NCBI GenBank assembly: GCA_963737655.1
Contig: CAVTTN010000002.1
Coordinates: 6,208,001 to 6,272,000, forward strand
Direction of reading: 5' to 3'
Source: an uncultured Planctomycetota bacterium
GTDB lineage: Bacteria; Planctomycetota; Planctomycetia; Isosphaerales; Isosphaeraceae
Length of the DNA: 64,000 nt
Below are positions 33,087 to 43,474 of this stretch, piece after piece. Within the stretch, counting starts at the first letter, position 1; every line of letters starts with the position of its first letter. The position numbers and the translations under genes were made by a program. Below the pieces are notes generated by a model. That model saw only the letters and a program-made list of their open reading frames with translations. It did no database searches and had not been told where the DNA came from.

Positions 33087-33683
33087 ATGGCCGAAGAAGA
33101 ACCGCTCGACGAGCTCATTGAACGGCTCAACAACGGCGACCTGGAAGCCGCCGAGCGGGTCTTCCGCACCTACGAACCGTATCTGAGGATGGCCGTCAGC
33201 CGCCAGCTCAACGGCGCCCTCCGCGCCAAGCTCGACTCGATGGACATCGTCCAGGCGGTCTGGGCCGACGTGCTCTCGGGGTTCCGCCAGTCGGGCTGGA
33301 AGTTCGCCAACCCGGCCCAGCTCAAGGCGTTCCTGACGACCCTGGCCCGCCACCGCCTGATCGACGGCCGGAGGCGGTTCCGAAGGGCGTTGGAGCACGA
33401 ACGCCCCCTGGCCGACTCCGACGCCGGGGCCCTGCCCGCCACCAACCAGCCCCGCCCCAGCGAGATCGCCCAGGGCGAGGAGCTCTGGGAGCAGATGCTC
33501 GAACAGTGCCCGCCGAACCACCGCGAATTGCTGAAGCTCAAGCGCCAGGGCCTGCCCCTGGCCGAGATCGCGGCGAAGACCGGCCTCCACGAGGGGAGCG
33601 TCCGCCGGATCCTCTACGAGCTCGCCCGCAAGGTGGCGAAGAAGCGCGATCCCGAATCGCGAGACGACGACCCGAGCCGCTGA
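33087..33683 (+). CDS. ECF RNA polymerase sigma factor (kinase-associated type)
   Basis: GDLEAAE..YEPYL, LRAKLDSMDIVQ, LKAFL, PSEIA, region 4 EIAAKTGLHEGSVRR. Confidence 0.88.
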   Translation: MAEEEPLDELIERLNNGDLEAAERVFRTYEPYLRMAVSRQLNGALRAKLDSMDIVQAVWADVLSGFRQSGWKFANPAQLKAFLTTLARHRLIDGRRRFRRALEHERPLADSDAGALPATNQPRPSEIAQGEELWEQMLEQCPPNHRELLKLKRQGLPLAEIAAKTGLHEGSVRRILYELARKVAKKRDPESRDDDPSR

Positions 33684-33720
33684 ATGAGCCCGCCGATCCG
33701 ATCCGAGGAAGGGGACCGTC

Positions 33721-36231
33721 ATGGAGGGGCGATCGTCCGAGATGTCCTTCCTCGGCCCCTCCGCCGGGCCCGATAACTCCTGGATCACCCGCCTGGTCGA
33801 GGGGATGGCCTCCGCCTTCGCCCGGGGCGAACGGCCCGACGCCGCCGCCCTGCTCGCCCGTTACCCGGGGCTCGACGACGAGGCGGCCGTCCGCCTGATC
33901 TTCGAGGAGATCAGCCTCCGCCGGGAGGCCGGCGAGGACGTCCCCACCGTCGAGGTCGTCGCCCGATTCCCCCGATGGCGCGACGAGCTCGCGGCCTTGC
34001 TCGGCGTGGACCGGATGATGAGGCCTCCGGCCGAGGTCGATTTCCCCCAGGTCGGCGAGCGCCTCGGGGACTTCCAGCTCCTGGGCGAGCTCGGACGAGG
34101 ACACTCCGGCCGGACGTTCCTCGCCGCCCAGCCGTCCCTGGCCGATCGCCCGGTCGTCCTGAAGATCGCGGCGATCGACCACGACGAGCACCTTTCGCTC
34201 GCCCGGTTGCAGCACACGCACATCGTTCCCCTGTATTCCGAGCACGTTTTTGCCGAACGAGGGCTGCGGGCCCTGTGCATGCCGTATCTCGGCGGGGCGA
34301 ACTTCGCGCAGATCCTCGCGGCCCTGGGGAAGGTCCCGGCCGGCACTCGCCGAGGGCGCGACCTCCTCCGCGCCCTGGACTCGGCCGGCCCGAAGGGCCC
34401 GGGAGTCGCCTCTCCGCCCGATCCGGGGCCGTTCCGCCAGTACCTGGAGCGCTCGAGCTACGTCCAGGGCGTTTGCTGGATCGTCGCGTGCCTGGCCGAC
34501 GCCCTCCAGTATGCCCACGATCGCGGGCTCGTCCACATGGACGTCAAGCCCTCGAACGTCCTGATCGGGGCCGACGGCCAGGCGATGCTCCTGGATTTCC
34601 ACCTGGCGCGAGGCCCCGTGCCGGCCGGGGCCTGGGCGCCCGACCGCCTGGGAGGGACTCCGGGATGGATGTCCCCCGAGCAGCGATCGGCCATGAGCGC
34701 GGTCACCTCCGGAGGGCCGATCGCCGTGCCGCTGGACGGCCGCTCGGACGTCTTCTCGCTCGGCCTCCTGCTGGAGGAAGCCCTGAGCGGCCACCATCGC
34801 GGAGACGACGCCAGCCCCCGCCCCCGGCCCGATCGCGCCAACCCCGGAGTGAGCGTCGGCCTGGCCGACATCGTGGCGAAGTGCCTGGACCCCCATCCCT
34901 CGGGCCGATACCGCGCGGCCGAGCTCGCCGACGACCTCCGCCGCCACCTCTCGGACCTCCCGCTCAAGGGCGTGCCCAACCGCAGCCCGGCCGAGCGCTG
35001 GAGGAAATGGCGGAGGCGCCGGCCCCACGCCCTGGGCCGAGGCTCGGCCCGGCTCGCCCTGGTCGCGGCGGCCCTGGTCGTCGTCGGCCTGGCCGGCGAG
35101 CTCTGGAGGCAACGGGTCCGCCAGGTCGATTCGGACCTGGCCGACGCGCGGAGGCTCCGCCTCGACGGCCAGTTCCCCGAGGCGATCCGCTCGGCCGATC
35201 GCGGCCTGAGCCTGGCCCGGGGCGTGCCGATGGCCGGTTCGAGGGCCGAGGCCCTGGCCGAGCAACGCCAGCTCGCCCGCCGGGCCGCCAAGGCCCGCGA
35301 GCTCCACGACCTGGCCGAGCGCCTGAGGTTCCAGGACGGCCCCACCCCCTCGGCCGCCGACGCCGAGACCCTGGCCCGATGCCGCCTGGCCTGGGACGAG
35401 GCCCGGGCCCTGTTGATCGACGCGCCGGGCGTCGGCCTGGATGAATCGACCGAGCGCCGGGCCCGGGCCGACCTGATCGAGGTGGCCGTCGTCTGGGCCA
35501 GCCTGCGGGTCCGACTGGCCCCTCCCGAGAAGGTCGAGGAGGCGAAGGCCGAGGCCCGCCACGTCCTGGACCAGGCCCAGGCCGCCTTCGGCCCGACCCT
35601 GGCCCTTCGCCTCGCCCGCCAGTCCCTGGACCCCGACGGCCTGGAGGCCCGAGACGGCCCGGATACCCCCTCGGCCCTCGATCACGACCAGAAGGGCCGA
35701 TTCTACCTGCGGGGCGGCCGCCTCGAAGACGCCGCCCGGGAGTTCCGCCTCGCCCTGGACGATCGCCCCCAGGATTTCTGGCCGAACTTCTACCAGGGCC
35801 TCTGCGAGGCCCGCCTCCGCCACCCCCAGGAAGCCCTCTCCGCCTTCCGGACCTGCGTGACCCTCCGGCCCGACTCGGCCGCCTGCCACTACAACCGCGC
35901 CGTCGTCCTCGATTCCCTCGGCCGAACCGACGAGGCCGATCGCGACTACAGCCGGGCCCTGGAGCTCGACCCCCGGCTCGCCGACGCCGCGCTGAACCGC
36001 GGGGTCCTCCGCTACCGGGCGAAGCGCTACCGGGACGCCATCGACGACTTCGAGCGTGCCCTGGCTGCCGGGCCCGGCCGCGAGCTCTCCGGACGGATCT
36101 ATTACAACCTCGCGCTGGCCCACCTCGCCCGAGACGACCGCCCCTCCGCCTCCGCCAGCCTCAAGGCCGCCGTCCGGGCCGGAGACCCCGAGGGCCAGAA
36201 GCTCCTCCGGAGCCTGGAAGCCCGGCCCTGA
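33721..36231 (+). CDS. Membrane Ser/Thr kinase with C-terminal TPR repeats
   Basis: [40 protein letters not shown] helix, TPRs. Confidence 0.88.
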   Translation: MEGRSSEMSFLGPSAGPDNSWITRLVEGMASAFARGERPDAAALLARYPGLDDEAAVRLIFEEISLRREAGEDVPTVEVVARFPRWRDELAALLGVDRMMRPPAEVDFPQVGERLGDFQLLGELGRGHSGRTFLAAQPSLADRPVVLKIAAIDHDEHLSLARLQHTHIVPLYSEHVFAERGLRALCMPYLGGANFAQILAALGKVPAGTRRGRDLLRALDSAGPKGPGVASPPDPGPFRQYLERSSYVQGVCWIVACLADALQYAHDRGLVHMDVKPSNVLIGADGQAMLLDFHLARGPVPAGAWAPDRLGGTPGWMSPEQRSAMSAVTSGGPIAVPLDGRSDVFSLGLLLEEALSGHHRGDDASPRPRPDRANPGVSVGLADIVAKCLDPHPSGRYRAAELADDLRRHLSDLPLKGVPNRSPAERWRKWRRRRPHALGRGSARLALVAAALVVVGLAGELWRQRVRQVDSDLADARRLRLDGQFPEAIRSADRGLSLARGVPMAGSRAEALAEQRQLARRAAKARELHDLAERLRFQDGPTPSAADAETLARCRLAWDEARALLIDAPGVGLDESTERRARADLIEVAVVWASLRVRLAPPEKVEEAKAEARHVLDQAQAAFGPTLALRLARQSLDPDGLEARDGPDTPSALDHDQKGRFYLRGGRLEDAAREFRLALDDRPQDFWPNFYQGLCEARLRHPQEALSAFRTCVTLRPDSAACHYNRAVVLDSLGRTDEADRDYSRALELDPRLADAALNRGVLRYRAKRYRDAIDDFERALAAGPGRELSGRIYYNLALAHLARDDRPSASASLKAAVRAGDPEGQKLLRSLEARP

Positions 36232-36252
36232 CCGCCGCTCGGTCCTCTCGAT

Positions 36253-37485
36253 TCATCGCCGACCGATCCCCCCGGGGACGGCCGATCGCGCCGTCTCCGG
36301 CTCGATGGCCCCCTCCAGGACCCCGGCCACGGCTTCGGCCGTGTCCCTCCACGTGAATTGCCCCAGGACGCGACCCCGCGCCGCATCCCCGAGAGCCTTG
36401 CACCGGGACGGGTCGTCCAGGAGGCCCAGGACCGCCGCGATCCAGGCTTCGGGTCGGTCTTCCGAGACGATCACGCCGGCCCTCCCCCAGTCCAGCAGGT
36501 CGGGGATGTCCCCCTGGTCGCTCGCCACCACCGCGCAGCCGGCGGCGGCGGCCTCCAGGACCTTCAACGGGCAGAAATAGAAGTCGCCATCGATCCGCGG
36601 ATGAGGGGCCACGGCCAGATCCATCAGGCCGAGAAGCCGCCCCACCTCCTCGGCGGGCCGATGCCCGAGCGAGACCACGTCCGGCCGATCGCCGATCGCC
36701 TCTTCGAGAGCGGGCCGCTCGGGGCCGTCGCCCACGAGGAGCCATTGCGTGTCGGCCCTCCCCTCGGTGGATCGGATCAGCTCCACGAGGCGGTCGATCC
36801 CGTGGAACGGCCTGAACGAGCCGACGAACCCGGCGATCCTCGGCGCCGACAGGCCCAGGGCGCGCCTCCGGGCCGTCCTCGTCTCGGTCGAGGTCGCCGG
36901 GAATCGCGACGGATCGACGCCGTTGGGGACCGCGAAAATCGGCGTCTTCAGGCCATAACGCCCGAGCCTCCGCGCCGCCGGTCCGCTCACGGTGACCACC
37001 GCTCGGCTCCGGCGGAGCGTCCATCGCTCCATCGCCTCGACGAGCCCCGGAGGATGCCATCGGCCGCCTCGCCCTCGGGCCGAGAGCCGCGTCTCATACG
37101 CGACCGGGGCATCGGCATAGGTGACCAGCGGGACCCCTCGACGGCTCGCGGCCCTCGGCATCGAGACGCAATAGGCATCCTGGCGGGCCAGGACCACGTC
37201 GGGCCTCGCCGAAGCGATCGCGGCCAGGTCGCGACGGAGCATCGCCCGATTGCGGCCCAGGGCGCGAGCGAACCAGAGGGCATCGCGGAGCCGTCTCGAG
37301 GCGCGCATCCGACCCTTCCCACCCCCTGCCCCGGATCGAGGGCGAGGGCGTGGCTCGGGTGGCCCCGCGCTTCGGTGGATGATGACCTGATGGCCGATCT
37401 CGCGAAGCTCCCCGGCGATCGCCGCCACCATCAGGGCGGCGGGGTGGGCGTCTTCGGTCAGATAATGGCTGTAGAGGATGCGCAT
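36253..37485 (-). CDS. Glycosyltransferase family 4
   Basis: VPNGVD, GFVGSFRPFHG, LVGDGP, PLKVLEA. Confidence 0.88.
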   Translation of the reverse strand: MRILYSHYLTEDAHPAALMVAAIAGELREIGHQVIIHRSAGPPEPRPRPRSGAGGGKGRMRASRRLRDALWFARALGRNRAMLRRDLAAIASARPDVVLARQDAYCVSMPRAASRRGVPLVTYADAPVAYETRLSARGRGGRWHPPGLVEAMERWTLRRSRAVVTVSGPAARRLGRYGLKTPIFAVPNGVDPSRFPATSTETRTARRRALGLSAPRIAGFVGSFRPFHGIDRLVELIRSTEGRADTQWLLVGDGPERPALEEAIGDRPDVVSLGHRPAEEVGRLLGLMDLAVAPHPRIDGDFYFCPLKVLEAAAAGCAVVASDQGDIPDLLDWGRAGVIVSEDRPEAWIAAVLGLLDDPSRCKALGDAARGRVLGQFTWRDTAEAVAGVLEGAIEPETARSAVPGGIGRR

Positions 37486-37624
37486 GACGAGGCCCCTCGG
37501 CTCCGGCGGTTCCCGGCCGGAGGGACTCTAGCTCAACTTCGCCCGGTCGGGCCCGCGATCCTGTCCTAGATTCCCCGGGCGTGAAGGATTCGGGACTCGC
37601 CGCGGAGCTGCTGGGGGAACTCGC

Positions 37625-38767
37625 ATGATCACGCGACTCGCCATGATCTTGCCCGGACTCGGACGGGTCCAGCGAGGGGCCGAGACGGCGTTCCTGGAGC
37701 TGGCCCGGTCCCTCGGCCGGTTCCCCGATGTCCAGGTCGAGCTGTTCGGCTCGGGCGACGACGGCCCCGAAGGGATCCCCCTCCACCGGGTCGGCTGCAT
37801 CCCCCGAGAGCGGTTCGAGGGCTGGCCTCGCCTCCCCTGCCTCCGGGGCGAGACCCATTATGAAGAGTTCACCTTCCTCCTCGGCCTGATGGCCGCTCGG
37901 GCCTATGATCCGTCGCGGTTCGATGCCGTGATTGCTTGCACGTATCCCTTTGTGAATTGGTTCTTGCAGAAATCCGGAGGACGCCGACGGCCCAAGCAGG
38001 TCTTCGTCACGCAGAACGGCGACTGGATGTGTTTCGCCAGCAGCCGGGAATTCCGCCTGTTCCGCTGCGACGGCCTCGTCTGCATCAACCCCTCGTATCA
38101 CGAGAGCCACCGCCGGCGCTATCCCTCGGCGCTGATCCCCAACGGCGTCGATCCCGACGTGTTCCGCCCCCGTGAGGCCGGCGACGAGGCGTTCGACCCG
38201 AGGATTCCGAGCGATCGTCCGGTCGTCCTGATGGTCAGCGCCCTGATCCCTTCGAAGCGGGTGGACCAGGGGATTCTCGCCGCGTCGAAGGTGCCGGACG
38301 CCTTCCTCGTCGTCGCCGGGGACGGCCCGGAGCGGGCGAAGGTGGCGAGCCTGGCCGAGACGCTCCTGCCGGGTCGTCACCTGCTCCTGGGGAGCGTCCC
38401 CAGGGCGAAGATGCCGGGCCTGTTCCGCTCGGCCGACGCGTTCCTCCACGCCAGCCGGGAAGAACCGTTCGGGATCGTCTACCTCGAAGCCGCCGCCTCG
38501 GCCCTGCCGATCGTGGCGCCTGATGTCGAAGTCCCGCGATGGGTCCTGGGAGGCTCGGCCGAGTTCTTCGCCGACACCGAGGCCGCCTCCGAAGCCCTCC
38601 GCCGGGCGCTCGACCCGCAAATCGGCCAGGCCCTCGGGGCGTCGGCCCGCCGCCGGGTCCTCGCCGATTGGACCTGGGACGCCCAGGCCGCGAGGTATCG
38701 CGCCTTCATCGGGACGATCCTGAAGGGGGAAGGAAGGCCGGACCGCCCCGCGATGGCCGAGCAATAA
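37625..38767 (+). CDS. Glycosyltransferase family 4
   Basis: RGAE, IPNGVD, AGDGP, EPFGIVYLEA. Confidence 0.88.
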   Translation: MITRLAMILPGLGRVQRGAETAFLELARSLGRFPDVQVELFGSGDDGPEGIPLHRVGCIPRERFEGWPRLPCLRGETHYEEFTFLLGLMAARAYDPSRFDAVIACTYPFVNWFLQKSGGRRRPKQVFVTQNGDWMCFASSREFRLFRCDGLVCINPSYHESHRRRYPSALIPNGVDPDVFRPREAGDEAFDPRIPSDRPVVLMVSALIPSKRVDQGILAASKVPDAFLVVAGDGPERAKVASLAETLLPGRHLLLGSVPRAKMPGLFRSADAFLHASREEPFGIVYLEAAASALPIVAPDVEVPRWVLGGSAEFFADTEAASEALRRALDPQIGQALGASARRRVLADWTWDAQAARYRAFIGTILKGEGRPDRPAMAEQ

Positions 38768-38821
38768 TCGGCCCGGGACGCCGAATGATCCCGGGGACGA
38801 TCCTTCCCGGAGTGTCCGGCC

Positions 38822-39136
38822 ATGAACGCGCACGCCCCGAAACGCCTGGTCGTCCTGATCGTCTCGGCCCCGTTCTTCCTGGCGGCGGGCGAGGCGAGCG
38901 GCCAGGGCCTCCGGGGAATCCCGGTGCATGGGCGGGCCATCCGCTGGGCGGAGACGCCCGTCGGCAGGGCGGCCCAGGTCGGGATCGCCCTCGGCCTGGT
39001 CGTCGTCGCGATCTGGCTGAATGCCGCGGTCCACGGGCGACTCCGATCGCGTCGGAGGTCGCGGCTCGACGACTTGGACGGCCCGGACCGGGCGCCGGAA
39101 TTCTGGCAGGGCGAGGGGCGTGACGAAGGTCCCTAG
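38822..39136 (+). CDS. Small hypothetical membrane protein
   Basis: Two hydrophobic segments, GC-biased codons, fills the intergenic gap. Confidence 0.5.
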   Translation: MNAHAPKRLVVLIVSAPFFLAAGEASGQGLRGIPVHGRAIRWAETPVGRAAQVGIALGLVVVAIWLNAAVHGRLRSRRRSRLDDLDGPDRAPEFWQGEGRDEGP

Positions 39137-39163
39137 CGTGAATTTAATTCATGGAATTATGAA

Positions 39164-40501
39164 TCAATAATACGAGAAAAACACGACCGCCAACCCCGCG
39201 CCCATCCCGGCGGCCGTCAGGACGAACCCTGCCAGCCCCCAGCCCGTCCTCCTCGCCAGCAGGAGGGTCTGCACGAGCGTGAGCGCCGAGGTCGATCCCA
39301 GGGCCGCAAGCGCGAGGCCCATCGTCCCGAGCCTCGGCACCAGCCCGCAAAACAGCCCCGCCTGGACCGCCAGGGCCACTCCATACGCCTTGGTCGCCAG
39401 GTGGACCTCCGCCCTCGCCAGGAGGTACTGGAACTGGACCTGCCCGAGCGACCGCACCATCAGCCTCGCCACCATCACCGCGAACAACGGCCCGGCCGCC
39501 CCGTATCGCCGGTCGTAGAGGAGGTGGATGATCCTCGGGCTGATCGCCACCGCGACGGCCCCCAGGGGCGCCCCGACGATCACGGCCCTCCGGCAGATCG
39601 TCCGGTGCCAGTCGTGCTGGTGGGAATCGCCTCGCCGGGCCAGCATCGAGAAATACACGTCGCAGGCCCGCGTCACGAGCGTTTCCAGGACCGACGCGAG
39701 GTTCCACGCCACGGCGTAGACGCCCATCGCCGCCAGGGGCAAGTAGCGGAGGCCGAAGAGTCGATCCATGTTGAGCCACAAGGCCATCACCAGGGTGTTC
39801 ACCAGCACCTGGCGGCCCAGATGGCCGATCTCCCGGGCGGCCTGGCGGTCCCATTCCGGGACGGGCCTGGCCGGGGCGATCCCGTACGACACGATCACCC
39901 CGGTGACGGCCCCGGCGAGCGTCCCGGCGACGATCGCCCAGATCGACCCGGTCAGCCAGGCCAGGGCCACGCTCACGGCCGATCCCACGGCCGTTTGCGC
40001 GACCTCATCGGCGAACAGGGCCCGGTAATTCAGGGTCTTTCGCAGCGTCGGCATCGCCGGGCTTCTCAGCGAGAACAGGGCCGGTCGCAACGACAGCCCC
40101 GCGAGGATGCCGAACAACGCCGGCTGCCTCGAAAACGCCGCCACCGGGCCGGCGCAGAGCAGGCCCGCCCCGGTGATCGCCGCCCCCCGGACCAGCCCCA
40201 GCGTCCAGCCCGTTCGGAGGAACGATTCCTCCATCCCGCGGGGATGCCTCACCAGCGCCGGCTGAATCCCCAGGTCCGCGAGCCATTCCAGAGTCGTCAG
40301 GACGGCCAGGGCCGAGCCCAGGAGGCCGTAGGCATCCGGGGCGAGGAGCCGGGCCAGCAGGATGTTGCTCGCCAGCCGGATGACCAGCCCGGCGATCTGC
40401 GCCAGTCCGGTCCAGCCCAGGCTCGCCAGGCCCGCCCGGCCGTCGGCCGAGAGCCTCGCCGCCCGCCCCGCCCGGGGCCTCTCGATCGTCGCCGATCCCA
40501 T
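39164..40501 (-). CDS. Wzx-type oligosaccharide flippase
   Basis: LARLLAPDAYG..DLGI, multiple TM helices, MGVYAVA. Confidence 0.85.
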   Translation of the reverse strand: MGSATIERPRAGRAARLSADGRAGLASLGWTGLAQIAGLVIRLASNILLARLLAPDAYGLLGSALAVLTTLEWLADLGIQPALVRHPRGMEESFLRTGWTLGLVRGAAITGAGLLCAGPVAAFSRQPALFGILAGLSLRPALFSLRSPAMPTLRKTLNYRALFADEVAQTAVGSAVSVALAWLTGSIWAIVAGTLAGAVTGVIVSYGIAPARPVPEWDRQAAREIGHLGRQVLVNTLVMALWLNMDRLFGLRYLPLAAMGVYAVAWNLASVLETLVTRACDVYFSMLARRGDSHQHDWHRTICRRAVIVGAPLGAVAVAISPRIIHLLYDRRYGAAGPLFAVMVARLMVRSLGQVQFQYLLARAEVHLATKAYGVALAVQAGLFCGLVPRLGTMGLALAALGSTSALTLVQTLLLARRTGWGLAGFVLTAAGMGAGLAVVFFSYY

Positions 40502-40640
40502 CCGCCTTGCCTCTCCAGTTGAAGGCTCAGGGGTCGAGCCGCCGAGGACGCCGCGTTTCGCAGAGGAGGATTCTCGGGATCAAAAATCTGCGAAACGCGG
40601 CGTCCCTGGCGGCTCGATCCCTCCCAGGACCCTCGGGAAA

Positions 40641-41590
40641 TCAAGCCGGATGAACCCCGACCGACGGCCGCCCCGGCCGACCGAACACCCTCCGCCACGG
40701 CGCCGAGGCCGCTCGGCCGAGCTCGGCCATCTGCCACTTGCGGAGGTGCCGGCGGAACGCCGGGTCCTCGTACCGGGGATGCCGCGACAGGGCCGCCTGG
40801 ACGTATCCGGCGGCGATGCACAGGCCGCCCGCGACCCACGGCCGTTCGAGCGTCCGGTACGCCGCGATCGCCGCGAGATAGAGCGGGTGCGTCCCCATGA
40901 AATACTGGCCGCGCCCCCATCGCATCCGACCGTGGTATACGCTCTTGAACGACGATCCCATCTGCCGGAGGTGCCGGATCGCCAGGGCCGGCTCGTCGAA
41001 GCTCCGGGCCTCCCAGCCCAGCATCCGGCATCGGTGGCAGTCGATCCCGTCCCACATCACCTGGCGGACGAACCCGCCGATCTCCTCGAAGCACTCGCGG
41101 CGGAACAGCTTCGCCACGCCGTGGGAGAAGCCGTCGCCGGATCTTTCCAGGACAAACCGCCCGCCCACCGGGATGAACGCCTTGCCGCTGGCCGTGCCGA
41201 GCCGGGGGTCGGCGTCGAACTTGCGATAGAGCCTCTCGAAGTAGTCGGGCGCGAATTCCAGGTCGGCGTCGAGTTTGCAGACGTAGTCGTATTCGCTCAA
41301 ATTCGCCGTCGATAACCCATCATAAAATGCCTCGACGACCCCGGGGCCGACTCGGCGAGGGGCCCCCTGGGCCGATGGAGCACCTCGATCCAGGGATGCT
41401 CGCTCGCGGCCGAGTCGGCGATCTCGCCGGTCCGGTCGGAGCTGCCGTCATCGACGATGATCCATCGCGAGGGGCGGATCGTCTGGGCCGTGACCGAGGC
41501 GATCGTCCGTTCGAGGTATCGGGCCTCGTCCTTGGCCGGGGAGACGATCAGGAGCCTTGGCGTGGCGAGCGGGCCGGGAGAATCGGGCAT
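40641..41590 (-). CDS. Glycosyltransferase family 2; frameshift near 41360
   Basis: IVSPAKDE, IVDDGSSD in the 41297 frame; KLDADL, GWD-like MWDGID in the 40641 frame. Confidence 0.85.
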
Positions 41591-41702
41591 GGCGGTCCGC
41601 GGTCCTTCGGGCCGGATGATGGAACGTCTCTCGGGGCCACGGCGCCCCCGGGGACTCTAGGACACGCCCACGCGACTTGCTCGGGCGAAAACCTTCGGGA
41701 TG

Positions 41703-41806
41703 TTCACCACGAAGCCACCAGGAGCACGAAGGAAGACACAAAGGACGGCCGGAATCCCCCGTCTTCCTGGTGTCTTCCCTCGTGCCCTTCGTGACTTTGT
41801 GGTGAA
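41703..41806. repeat. Imperfect intergenic palindrome (TTCACCACG family)
   Basis: TTCACCACGAAGCCACCAGGAGCACGAAGGAAGACAC ... GTGTCTTCCCTCGTGCCCTTCGTGACTTTGTGGTGAA. Confidence 0.85.
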
Positions 41807-41820
41807 TCTTCTCGGGGCGT

Positions 41821-43140
41821 CTACAAGGCCATTTCCACGGCCTTCGGCTCATACCGGGCCTCGGACCCCGGCGCGGGGCCCGGCACGATCGTCAACGGGG
41901 CGTCTCCGGGCGTCCCGGCCGCCTCGGCGAACATCGCCGAGAGCCGATCGGCCGTCTCGTCCAGGCTGAAATGCTCGCGGGCCCAGGCCGATCCCGATCG
42001 GCCCATCGCCGAGGCCCGCTCGGGATCGCTCAACAGCTCGGCCATCGCGTCGGCCAGCCCCCGGACGTCCCCCGGATCGACGAGCCGGCCGTCCTCGCCG
42101 TCCCGGACGAGGTCCGGGATGCCTACCAGCCGGGTCGAGATCACGGGGACGCCGCAGGCCAGGGCCTCGATCAGCACCTGAGGGAGGCCGTCCATGTCCC
42201 CCTCGCGGTCCTTCACGCACGGCAGGGCGAAGGCCGAGGCCGAGCCGAGCAACGCCGGCAAATCCTCCTGCAACACGGCCGAGCCGGTCACCTCGACGAT
42301 CGATCCCAGCCCGTGATCGGCCACGATCGCCCGCAGCTTCGCGAGTTCCGGCCCGCTCCCGGCGATGGTGCAATCGAAGTCGAACCCGCGATCCCGCAAC
42401 AGGGCGGACGCCGCGATCAGGTCGCCGAACCCCTTCTTCTCCACGAGCCGGCCCACCGCCACGACCCGCGGCCGTCCGGGCGTCTCGGACGATCCCTCGC
42501 GGAACCGGTCCATGTCGATCCCGCAATAGACGACCGGCAGCCGCGCCGGGGCGGCCCCCATCGCCAGGTAGAACCGGCGGTGATATTCCGAGATGCACAC
42601 GATGAATCGCGCCCGCCTGACCTTCGCTCTCAGGCCCACGCGATGGACGAACAGGTCATTCGCATGGCCGGTGAAGCTGAACCCCACGCCCAGGAACCCC
42701 GCCGCGTGCATGGCCACCGCCGTGGCCGTGTGGGCCCAGTGGGCATGGATGTGACCGACGTTCCGCGATCGCCAGTGCCTCGCCAGGATGGCCGCCGGGA
42801 CGAGCTGATAGACGATCGTGAGCCTCTGCCGGAGTCCCTCGGCCGGGCCGAAGACGGCCTTCGCCACCGTCGCCCAGAACCGGAACCCGAACAGCAACGG
42901 CGCCAGGACCAGGGCCGCCGCGACCCGGCCGAACGTCATCGGCGAGAGGTCATAAATCGACCGGCGGAGGGTTTCGAGCGACTCGTCCCGGTAGAACGTG
43001 GGTCGGTCGTGGCGATGGACCGACACGACCTCCAAAGGGACCCCACGGCGGAGGAGCCCGGCGGCCTCGTTGCAGATCGTGGCGTTGTTCAGAACGTCCA
43101 CGCCGACATATCCGACCCTCGGCCGATCGACGCCCGTCAT
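41821..43140 (-). CDS. Glycosyltransferase family 4 (WcaL-like)
   Basis: HIHAHW, SFTGHANDL, VGRLVEKKG, DGLPQVLIEA. Confidence 0.88.
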   Translation of the reverse strand: MTGVDRPRVGYVGVDVLNNATICNEAAGLLRRGVPLEVVSVHRHDRPTFYRDESLETLRRSIYDLSPMTFGRVAAALVLAPLLFGFRFWATVAKAVFGPAEGLRQRLTIVYQLVPAAILARHWRSRNVGHIHAHWAHTATAVAMHAAGFLGVGFSFTGHANDLFVHRVGLRAKVRRARFIVCISEYHRRFYLAMGAAPARLPVVYCGIDMDRFREGSSETPGRPRVVAVGRLVEKKGFGDLIAASALLRDRGFDFDCTIAGSGPELAKLRAIVADHGLGSIVEVTGSAVLQEDLPALLGSASAFALPCVKDREGDMDGLPQVLIEALACGVPVISTRLVGIPDLVRDGEDGRLVDPGDVRGLADAMAELLSDPERASAMGRSGSAWAREHFSLDETADRLSAMFAEAAGTPGDAPLTIVPGPAPGSEARYEPKAVEMAL

Positions 43141-43474
43141 CCCCGGAACCTCCTCCGAATCGGACCGGCGGAGCCCCTCTCCCCGGTCTGGCCGTCATTC
43201 GATCTTTAGCTCAAGCCGGGCGGTCGGGCCCGGAAATCGGGGGAAACGAGGCCGGAACGCGGGTCGGACGTCCCCAGGCCCGATCGTCCGTCGTCCTGTT
43301 CGTCCTATACGTCCTGTTTCTTAGACTCTTACGTTTCCTTACGCGGTTTCCGTTTGGTCCCGGGCTTCGGGGCGTTTCCTGGGGCCACTCGCCGGTTGCG
43401 GAGCCGGGTTCCGTCGGATGTAATCCAAGCAGACGGAGCGACCCGCCCGAACCCGCCCTCCCGGACCTCCCGCC

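Noticed and set aside
39137..39170. AT-rich patch with a small dyad (TGAATTTAATTCA) between convergent genes
   Set aside because: Too short to assign a function.
43292..43318. Three 9-nt units CGTCCTGTT/CGTCCTATA/CGTCCTGTT
   Set aside because: Too short and has no inverted partner; at most a repeat relic.
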